DNA from: Mobula hypostoma
Lineage: Eukaryota
Assembly: GCF_963921235.1 (NCBI RefSeq)
Contig: NC_086118.1
Location: 16,928,001 to 16,992,000 of the forward strand
Length of the DNA stretch: 64,000 bases
Direction: 5' to 3'
The notes beneath the pieces are model-generated. The model ran no database searches. It saw nothing but the letters and a program-made list of their open reading frames with translations, and was not told the DNA's origin. This document shows, one piece after another, positions 50,661-61,519 of the stretch (the stretch's first letter is position 1; each line of letters begins with the position of its first letter). The position numbers were made by a program, and so were the translations under genes.

Positions 50661-51250
50661 CAACATACACAAAATGGTGGAGGATCTCAGTAAGTCAGGC
50701 CATATCCTTTGAGAAGTATAAACAGTCAAAGTTTAGGGACATACCTTTCATCAGGACTGGAAAAAAAGTGGGCAGAAATCAGAATAAAATAGTGGATGAA
50801 GGAGAAGGAATACAAGATAACAGGTGAAACCAGGTGAGGGGGAGGAAGGTGGGTAGATAGGGGAGGGGAATAAAGTAAGAAGCTGGGAGAAGATAGGTGG
50901 AAGAGGTAATAGGCTGAAGAAAAAGTATTTCACAGGAAAGGTCAGTAGACCATGGAAGAAAGGGAAGGATAAAGGGAGAAACGGGGGTCAGATGAGGGGA
51001 ATGGAAAAAGACAGAAAGAAAGAAGGGCAGAAATTAGAGAAATCGATGGTCATGCCATCAGGTTGGAGGCTACCCACATAGGACCAGGGAAATGATGAGC
51101 AAGTGAGGAACAGAGATGGGGTGAAAGGATACCCAGAATGGGAAATGGAAAAAGTAAGGAGGAGAGATGGGGGAGAAATTACCAGAAGTTAGAGAAATCG
51201 ATGTTTATGTATCAGGCTGGAGGCTACCCAGATGGAATATCAGGTGCTGC
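50661..51250 (-). mobile_element. Penelope 3' fragment with an internal duplication
   Basis: Reverse-complement homology to 28040-28500; ttagagaaatcgatg..atcagg.tggaggctaccca occurs twice (~51034-51076 and ~51189-51230). Confidence 0.8.
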
Positions 51251-53559
51251 ATCTCAGGCAGTGCCAGATCATTACTGCCACTTCATATCCATTATCTAAC
51301 TGCAGTGCAAACCAGCTTAACATTCCAATATCATCGGAAAATCTAAAATCTCACTCAAACATTTTGAACAGATAATAATCAATACTTTTTGCCTTTTTAA
51401 TAAAAACATACCCAAAGTAACAAGCAAAGAACTCCAATTTTTTCTAATATAATAACAGCTAAACTTCAGAGGATTGTGGGGCAACTTGAGCCTGTGAGAA
51501 GCCTTAGAGATGAACAAGTCTTTATTTTCAGTCTTTTGCAAAGTATACAATTAAATTCATTCTTATAAGGAAAAAAATTAAAGCTTCTGAAACATATATT
51601 TGACATGTATCATTCAGCAGTATAATAGAATAAAACAATAATAATAATATAATAATGCAATGTCAGCAAACTGTCAGTTTTATCTATGTTATTACCTTTA
51701 GACTTCCACGCTATTTAATAAATCAATAGATCTTAAATCTCTTTGTCAATACTCTTCTTTTATATACAATTATCATTCAGCTTAATCACATCCTAAATTC
51801 TACAAATTTTGCCTCAGAATTACAATATTAAAAAGTGTCATTACTGTCACCTTAAAATCCACATTGTAATGCAATTGAGACAAAGCAAAGCAAAAGGAGT
51901 TGCTGCCCTAATTGTGAAAAATAATCATTAGAGATTTGTGACAATGTTTCATTCACACAAATTGCTCCTGTAGTTGTTAATTTTCTAAGCCATTATTTGA
52001 ACTGAAAAATTTTGTGGCATTAAATACTGGAATTTACTTTTTGTGTAAATATTGAACAGATCTCACCACTACCCAAGGATACCAGACAGTAAATGATTAA
52101 TTACTTCATTGTAAATGATACCAAAGCTGGAACAGAATATAAAAAATAACATTTTATCTGTGTTGACTGTTATTATAGCAAGTGTCAAATGACCATTTGG
52201 AATGAGGGAATACAATTTTTCTCATCTATGGAGTCAAAGACTCATGGTCCGTGCCAAGGGATGGGTCATATGTAAAGACAGAGCCAAAATATATCTCTGA
52301 TTTGTACTAAACTGATTTGTACGTGCTATGGCAAAGCTAAGCTACTTCGGAGCAGATTCATTTCAAAGTCAATGAGCATGTTAGTCTAACTAAATGGATA
52401 CAAACACAGTGGATCAATACTTCCTTCTTTAGATCCCTCTTTCAAAACGAATATTGCAAGAGAAAGGACTCCCACAATACACACAATCCATTCAGCGAGT
52501 AATGCACTTTACTACAAGTCCATTACTAATAAAAAGAAACATCTCTTCTATTCATTAACACAATACATTACATTATTTAAAGTAATAATCAATTTTTTCA
52601 GTCTTTTCAGGATATTTTAAAAATTATCTTGGTATGCAGACAACTAACTGAATAAGTTGGTACAGACACAGAAGCAATGGAGTCATACCATTCATAATCT
52701 TAGAAACAAATTACCCTCTGGATTTAAAATCTATCAGTTTTGATTCCTACAATTAGTAATGACAACTGGACGGCATTTGCAGCAATAGCTTATTTCTAGT
52801 ATAAACATAGCTTAGCAGAATTCATTTTCTCCCTCTCTCAATACTGATGAAAAAAATAGATATTTCAAATATCTATAAGAACAAACCTAATTCTTTCATT
52901 ATCTTGCATATTACATGGGATTAGAAGCAATATACAGCAAACAAGCCTGGTTTCCCATGTTCAAAAATTAAATTAAGAATTTTCATAATAAATGGCTTTC
53001 TGGTCAATGCCAAATAAACTGAATCCACCATTGATCATGTAGGCATTGAAGGTCATGGACAATGTGCTGGAAAACGGGATTAATAGAGATGGGTGTCCAT
53101 TAGTCAGAAGGACATGTTGGGCCAAAGGACCTGGTTTCATGCTATACGCCTGTCAATAACTCCATTAAACTTCTTTGGCTTCTGTAGTCTGCCTCTTTCC
53201 CAACCTCCTCACTTCATGACAAGACGTTATCAGCTCCATTAAACACAGGCATCCAATATAGTGATGACATAATTCTCACTGAGCAGCCGATCAGATTGAA
53301 GTGCTATGCAAAAGCCTAAATGAGAGTCTTAAAAAAGCTTAAACTTAGAATTTTTTTAAACAATCTACAGAGAGTAAAAATACTATGGATTGGGACATAA
53401 ATCTAGATTAAGGGAGAAGATTTCATTTCTATGTTAATAATGTAAGCATTATCAGAGATTAAAAATACATTGAACAATAATTTACTGACCCTTTCATTTT
53501 TCACTTTTATTCCTGACATTCTTTTTCTGAAATTCTCACAATTTTGCTTTCTGTACATG

Positions 53560-53719
53560 ATTTAGAGCTGAATCAATTATTTTATCTTGAACGTCATTGA
53601 TCCTGTTATAGTTATTATTTGATAGATTTGCTGAGTATGCCCACAGGAAAATGATTCTCAGGGTTGTGTATGGTGACATATATGTACTTGGATAATAAAA
53701 TTTACTTTGAACTTTGAAC
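53560..53719 (+). mobile_element. Rex/Babar-type 3' tail fragment
   Basis: Reverse complement of 15766-15900; (CTTTGAA)2 tail. Confidence 0.75.
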
Positions 53720-56249
53720 GTCAAAGTTCAAATTCTGAATGGTCTGTTGTGAGGTTGCTCTGTATGACTCCATGTGGAATCCAATGGCACAGCCTAACTG
53801 TGCCAGAGTTCCCTCATTTGGAGATTCCAGATCTGAAGATGAAAAGAAAAAAAGGTACATTATTTATCATCATTTACTTTACTTCAGTTTAATTTTTTTC
53901 CTTTTTCTTAGTGATTTAATGTAGCTTTAACCATTTTTAAAAGTTTTGGTTTTTTTTATTATTTATATCAACTTCAGTAGATTCATCTGAAATCTAACAA
54001 AATGTCTCCCCATTTGGACAGAAGGATCTGCCCCCAAGCTTGCCATCTTCTAGAGTTCTGAGTGTGGAGCCTCTGTAGTACACTGGCTGAAGTTTAGTCC
54101 CCACTGAGGCCAAGGACTCAACACATTCCACTAAGGTAGGAAAAGGTAGACAAGAACAATTCATGTTAAATCCAATCCAGCTTAATTTGGCCCAGTCATT
54201 ATAAATTCTTCACAATTATGCCCTACCAAAAATATGGAATTGAAAATGTAAAAGATAATGGGAAAGCTGTCATCGGCCATGGTTTGTTTTAACATGCTGT
54301 TTACTCAATGTAATTTAAGTGAAAAATACTTGGAAATAATTCAAAGATCAGTCTGTACTTCTAGTACACATTTCAAAATAATAGAATTCTCAAGTCATCT
54401 TCCATTCCTTCTATTCATGCTGATAAAAGGATATGGGACAAGCAGAATTTCAACAAGCATAAGAACAACTGAGTAAGAAATTGCCAGTATTCTCACTGTC
54501 CCTTAAGCAATGCACAATGCATCTGCACAGGTGACTAGTATTCTGCAGAAATATATTAGAATTTTAGAATGTACACAGCGAGTACCAAGGAATGACCAGA
54601 AAGCCTGATAATTTTCTCAGAAAGAGTGATTAGTCTAAGTGGTATTAATTAATTTGCCAATACTCACCTTTGGAACACAGATTAGCTGTTCAGAGATCCA
54701 ACAGACCCCAATGGTATTCTAAATAAGTATGGGTCCAATATCTCCAGGAGGAAAAAACAATTGTTAAGAGCTGACATCAAAATTAAAATAGTGACTTCAA
54801 GTGACTGAATATATGGTATTCTTGAATTATACAATGAACTTTAATCTGAAGCTAGTTAATACATTCAAAGAAACAAATTTGTTCCCATTTTTTCCACAGG
54901 AACAAGACAATGCTGAGAGCGTTCTGAGCCAGCCAGACATCTGACAGTAATTTTATCTAAGCTTTTCTGATACCAGAAATTTTTCAACTAAATCTAGCGG
55001 CAGCTGTTCCACCAATATAACTTTACAAGACTAGTATTCCACACAGAATTCGCAACAATTCATCCACAAAACCTACTGAGTTGTTATTTTATGCAATATA
55101 AAAATTGGCAAATAAAGTTTCTTTTCCACCCTGCCTGCCCTGAACAGTAGGCAACTGCAACTGTTGTGATGCTGATGGTGATCCTGTTAAATAGGAAGTC
55201 CCTGGATTTTTATTTAATTTACAAATAAAATAACACAAGAAAGGGCAACATGCACTACTATAATGCCTTTTTCAAGTTCAGACTAACCAATAATACGTTA
55301 TATGAACTAAAGTACTTCTGATGAGAAACTGGCATTATGGTATTAAGAGGCAACTAATTTGTGCATAGTCAACCTCTCCTACCTCCAACATGTTAACAAG
55401 CATATACACCATGCTCATTGTAAAGAGACAATCCCGGCCTTGGTTAGACACATCTTCCAATGGTTCTGCTCAAAGTGCATCAGCCTGCTTTGCTATTTAA
55501 GTTGAAACAAGGTTCTGTCAGGATAACCTATAACCTGTGCCTTGGAGGCAGCTCAGCATTCATGGTTCCTTATGGTTAAGGTTGCCATGGAGAGAGCAGC
55601 TGTTGAAGTGACATTGGTAATTGTTGTTATCAAAGCATTTAGTATCTACTATAACTACAATGCTAGCATTAAAGGGGGTGGACAGTGAAGGGGATGCTAA
55701 ATGAATTAATCCTTCCTGAGACTGGGTCAGGCTTAGTAAGATCATTAATGTTGCAAACTCCATCACACTGCTGACTTGAACAGTTTTGAAAGGTTTTGAG
55801 GAGTCAAAAAGTAAACTACTTATTATACAATTCCCAAGTTCTGGTCTTTGTTATACAATCCCCATAATCCGTGGCCCAAGATTTGGCCATACACAAATAT
55901 ACATACAGAGAATAATCAGGCTACACATGGGTCTATGCAGATGGATGGTGTCACTGTTCAACTGAGATTCAGCTCTAGGATTAGCATATTTGAAAGAAAG
56001 TGATCCTTCAGGAAAAGGGACCCAGATGTAGGAAGTGTTCTGAAAAAAAAATGGGTCTTCCTGTGATAGCCTGTTGAAAAACCAATACTAATTCAGCAGT
56101 AATCAGCAGCACAGTAACAAATACTATAAGTTTATATAAACATTAAAATATTTGTTCACAGTTCTAGAATTGTATGGTGGAAAGAGCTGAGAGAGAAAAG
56201 GAAAATATCTTGTCCTGGAAAGATGATGGGCAAGTTAGAGATTCATAAA

Positions 56250-56785
56250 GACACAGAGTATGTACAGAAACAGGCCGCTTGGTCCACTAAATCTACACCA
56301 ACCATCAAGCCACAAGTTGCACTAATCCCACTCTGCTGCCTCCATATTTTGTTCAACTCTTCCTAGGTTCTATCACTCACCTACACTAGGGGTATTTACT
56401 TATTGATTGAGATGCAGAATGGAGTAGGCCTTTCCGGCCCTTCAAGCTGCATTGCCCAGCAACCCCCGGTTTAACCCCAGCCTAATCACGGGACAATTTA
56501 CAGTGATTGATTAACCTACCAACCAGTACATCGTTGGACTGTGGGAAGAAACCGGAGTACCCAGAAGAAACCCACACAGTCACCCCACAAAGAGGACATA
56601 TAAACTCCTTACAGGCAGCGGCAGTAATTGAACCCAGCTCACCTGCACTGTAAAGTGTTGTGCTAATCACTATGCTACCATGCCACCAAAGACTGGCCCA
56701 ACCAACTACATATCTTTGGAATGTAGGAGGAAACCAGAGCTCCTAGAGAAATAGGCAGCACTGGAGGTCAACATCAAGCCTGAGT
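56250..56785 (-). mobile_element. Nested V-SINE/HE1-like SINEs (inner copy ~56400-56687)
   Basis: Inner copy has CR1 hairpin ggccttccggccc, V-domain ggactgtgggaagaaaccggagtaccc and a tRNA-like head. Outer copy resumes at ~56690 (tctttggaatgtaggaggaaaccagagc). Confidence 0.8.
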
Positions 56786-58780
56786 CACACAAACAGTGAG
56801 ATAGCACCTCGATGCCATCCAGGAATACTGGTTCCTTTGTCAAAACAGTTCAATTTATGTGAACTGCATATAAAACAATGTGGGCAAGGACTAAATTGGA
56901 TCACACACAGGAAATGATAGTGCACTGCATACATTGGCGTGTACAGGATCTCGAACTGGATAACAAAACCCATTCTTAACGTCCATTTCTCTCATGACCG
57001 TTCAATCTTGTAGATAGGACTGCTATATCAGCCTTTTCTAAGGGTCCACTTGTGCCTGAAGAGGACTTGATGGATCGTCGTGACTGAATCAACAAACACC
57101 AACCGGACATGTGAGGCATTTCCTTGTGAGTCTGTAGGACTCTCCCTGCCAAGAGGGCATAGGCAGCAACATTGAAGTTCAAAAGTTCAAGGTGAATTTC
57201 TTATCAAAGCATACATTCTATGTATAACTCTGATGGATATTCACTTTCTGGCCCAGGGAGTCTCATGTTTGTCAAACTCGCTTTCTAAACACAACAGCTG
57301 CCACTTGTAAAATCAAATACTTGTAAGTAAACTTCCGATCAACATTGTTTAGCTTCTCGTTATAAACAGGAATCAGTCTTCAGTTCTTAAAATGTAAATT
57401 GCAAGCAAGTAATCAACTTGAAGTTAAAAACACAGCTTTGCAAACAAGATCTGTACAGAGCCTCAGACTTGCTGGCTCATACCAAGATGCTAACCACCCA
57501 AGAGGTGCAGTATAAGAAAATGAATGTTGTTTGGTTCAAGGAAGCTTGCAAACCAGATGGTAACAAACACTGAGCCTATCAAAGAACTGATGTGTTTAAT
57601 TTTGCAAGGTTAATGAAGTTCGCTTCACAGAATTAATTGTAGGTAGCTGGGAACTACGTCTCCAAGAAATTCTTAGACCAGTTGTGTAAAAGGGTATCAA
57701 ACAAAATCTCACATGTGTGCTTAGTTACTCAGGTGGCAGAAAAAGGGTATATATGTGGAGAGCAGTTCAGGCTCATTAGGAATGGGGTAAGGAACATCAA
57801 GAAGCATCAACAAAAACATGGGCTGAACTAAAATCCACTCCTCTGGTTTTGGTTTCTGCGAAGGACGATTCATTTATTTGCATCACTGGTATGTCTTTTT
57901 ACTTTATAGAAATTGTAGCTGCCTTTTGGAAATCCTTTGTGTTTTAGAAATGGTTTGTAATCTGCAAGTGTCTAAGATAGAAATCTTCTGTGAGCTTTAA
58001 ATGTGTTTTGAGAACGTTGTTTAGATTTAAGCATATATCACTGAAGATGAACTGTTTTTTAAACTAATGTGTTAGCTGGAAGTATCTACTTCTTGGTGGT
58101 TGTGGGGGAGGGGGGGAACCCACCACTCAAATAGTTGGCATTGGCAGCTAAACTCACCGTGGAGAATAAACAGGGAAGTGAACTTGTCTTTGAAGATTTG
58201 GCAGTTACAGTATAATCTCTCTTTAGTGAGAGTAGTCATAGCTATTTATATCCAAAAGGTCTTAAGGTCTTCATTTGAGTTTAGAACTTTGTGGTCAGCA
58301 AAACCAGTACTATCACATAATCTTGAGATTCACCTCCTTGCAGGCGCCCACAAACAATGAAACATAAATGAATCTATGTTAAAACAAGTGCAACAAAGGC
58401 CATCAATCATCTAATGTGCAAAGGAGGACAAATAGTGCTAATAGTGAACTAATAATTCATAGCACATGAGCTGCAGAGTCTCTGACAGTGAGTCCTCGGG
58501 GGAGGAGTCAGTTCGACGCTGAAGCCAGTGAAGCTGGCCCTGTATTCTGCTGGCTACAGGGCAACAACTGCTCCCGAACATGGTAGCGTGACCCAAGACT
58601 CCTGCTCTTCCCCTCTGATGGTAGTAGTGAGAAGTGAGGGAGATGGGTCAAGTGCTGGCAGGCAGGATGGGCTCAGGTATGGGATCTTGGCAATGGACTG
58701 AACGCTGATTATTTGTCTGCTCTCGGGCTTTGACATTTTAATCTGGTTCAACACTTTCATTAGCATGGAGTAGTGAGGCT

Positions 58781-59010
58781 ACTATGTTGGGCACATGGCC
58801 AAGTGGTTAAGGCGTTCGTCTAGTAATCTGAAGGTCTCTAGTTCGAGCCTCAGCTGTGGCAGAGTGTTTGTGTCCTTGAGCAAGGCATTTAACCACACAT
58901 TACTCTAGTGTCTGTGCGAGGAGTGGCGCCCACACAGACTTCCAATCTGTGCCTTGTAAGGCATGAAAATGCCCGATGCAGGCATCTCATGGTCTGAGTC
59001 GATGTTCCCC
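58781..59010 (+). mobile_element. tRNA-derived CORE-type SINE with 9-bp TSD
   Basis: A box TGGCCAAGTGG, B box AGTTCGAGCC, CORE-like gtgtccttgagcaaggcatttaacc; TSD AGTGAGGCT at 58772-58780 and 59011-59019. Confidence 0.88.
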
Positions 59011-60229
59011 AGTGAGGCTGAACACTGATTCATTTTCCACTCTTGGGCCTCAATGCTTTAATCTGGCCTGAAGTCCAGCCCAGTAATGGTTGACCTGCAT
59101 ATCCAAGGTGCCATAGCTGCATTCCTAAATCAAGTTTGCCAAATCTTTCAGAGGATCATAAAATCACCAGTTCATTTAGAGTTTAAATGGTTCAAAACTA
59201 TATTTCTTAAAGGAACAGTCAGTGAAGGAAATATGTGATGCTTGAATTTGGGTAAAAATTCAAACTGCTGGAGGAACTAGGCAGGTCAGGCAGCACCTAC
59301 GGAGGGAAATAAACAGTCAATGTTGGACAAGACCCTTCACATACCTAAGAAGAATGAGATAAATTTTGCCACTGGTGGGATTATCAAAGATGGGCTACAA
59401 CACCTTTGTTTTATGTCTATGAAGCAGAATAAGTTGCGGTCAAAAGAAGAATCAATCATCTCATACTGTCCTGCATATAACATCTGACAATAAACTGTTG
59501 CGTTTCTGTCCGACCATATAATTATTTGGTTCATAGTCTGAAATTAGAAGCAAGTTACTAAAGAATAATGTTAAACTAGAAGCTTAACACTATTTTGTGT
59601 TCCTTACACACAAGTCCCCTGGAATGAAAGGGTTAACATGAAATGCCCAGATAAAGTTCTACAGAGCGGCAGACATGTTGAAGGGCAAGTCTAATCAATG
59701 TGAATAAAATCTGTGGTGAGTATCACACAGCCTGAGTCACTTGCTGATCTTAAGCTCTTGTTTTAACTTGCACCAGGCACAGCTTGGAATCTTGCATCAA
59801 TGGATGCAATCATAACCAAGACATGTAAATGCCAAAGACACAGCAAATAAATATTAATAAATAATACAAAAATAAGGAGCAAGAGCTCATTGGCTAGATG
59901 GCCACATCACTTTCTAGATTTCCATTGCAGCACTTGTGCATTACAACATATTATACTTCTACTTTTCTTCAGAAGAGAGAATTAGTGGCTATGCTAGTTA
60001 GTGGTTACAGAATCACCCCATTAATTTATACAGAACAATGCATTGTTGCAAACACAGAAGTTCCAGCTATTCTCAGTTGACTATGTTGGACTGGTAATGC
60101 TATTTGCATATCCAATAGCAGACTCCTAAAATAGTCTTTCAATGCTCTGTTGTGGGAGGTGATCACCAGGTGGTCAGGGAAACAAATCAAGGATATGTTG
60201 GAAGCTTCAGAGAAGGAGCACAACATCTT

Positions 60230-61300
60230 CCCTTCCATATCCTCCCCAACCTACCCTCTGAGCTTCCCCTCTACCATTATCAACAAAGTTTCTGACCATA
60301 TCTAATCTATTACTTGTAAATCTGTAGTCATCCTTTCTCCTCCACAACAGAATGAAGGTTGTGTTCCCCTGGTCCTCACCTCCCGCTACATCAACCTCCA
60401 GACTCAACATATCATTCACCACAATTTCCTCCAGAGATTTCCACCACTGGACACACATTGCCCTTCTCACACTTTACATCCATTGGTTCTTTCATGATTC
60501 CCTCTCCCATTCTTCTTTGCTCACCAACACTCCACTGTGTATAGCACTTATTCTTGAAACTGCAGACAATGCATCATTTGTCCTTTCATTTATTCTCTTC
60601 CCACCATGCCAGGAGCCAGTCTTTCCAGAGGAAGCAGCGATTCACTAATGTTCTTCCAAACTAGTATTCAACATTCAGTGTTCACAATGTGGTTTCCTCT
60701 AAACTGAAGAAACCAAATACAGATTGAACGATCATTTTATTGAACACTTGTGTTGAATTCACTGAGGCAACCCAATGCTTTGCACTGCCTGCCACCTTAA
60801 TTCTCCAACTTACTCTGACCTATTCATCTGGAGTCTCCTGCGCTGTTACAATGAGGCCCAATGCAAACTCAAGAAACATCACCTTGCCCTCCATCTGGGC
60901 TTATTATAACCTTCTGGACTTAACATTGTTTTCTAACTTCAGGTAACTCAATCTCTGTTAGCTTCAATTGTCCAACTGTGACATTAGCTCAGCTGGTTTG
61001 TTGTTTTATTTCCCCTTTTCCTCCTCTGGCAGCAAAGGACGTGTTCAGTGGAACTGTCAGGCTCATCTTCCTGCTCTGCATTTTGTTGCTCCTACATCTT
61101 TTTATCTGAGTAGATGACCTTTCTTTTACAGATTATCCCCATGGTTTTACTCTATCAGAGGTATAACTGTTTAATTAAGTTTCACAAATTTCTTTTGTCT
61201 TCTTCCCATTTCTGAGAAAGGGATTTTGAACTGAACTATTAATTATTACCTCCCCATGAATGCAGCCTGATCTACTGAGTATTTTTGATTTCCAGCATTT
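60230..61300 (+). mobile_element. Old Penelope-like element (linker + GIY-YIG remnant + decayed pLTR)
   Basis: VPLVLT..INLQTQHII; IQCSQCGFL*TEETKYRLNDHFIEH, homologous to 27840-27910. Confidence 0.75.
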
Positions 61301-61519
61301 GTAATAAATTTGATTTTCACAAGAGAGTGTCTGCTTCAGAAGCAAGGTATTGCGGACTTCTGCCCAACATTTTTTTTATCCATATATTTCTATGACTTTT
61401 GTTCCTGCAAGCTTATTTCAGCATATGTAATTGTGATGCTATTTTACTTACAGTTTTCAAAGATATATCTAAATTTAATATCAGTGATGGGGCACTTCAA
61501 CTTTATTGGGACACCAGAG

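Noticed and set aside
58789..58855. tRNA gene (also 46380-46446)
   Set aside because: A and B boxes are present but there is no complete acceptor stem. It runs into a SINE core and is bounded by TSDs.
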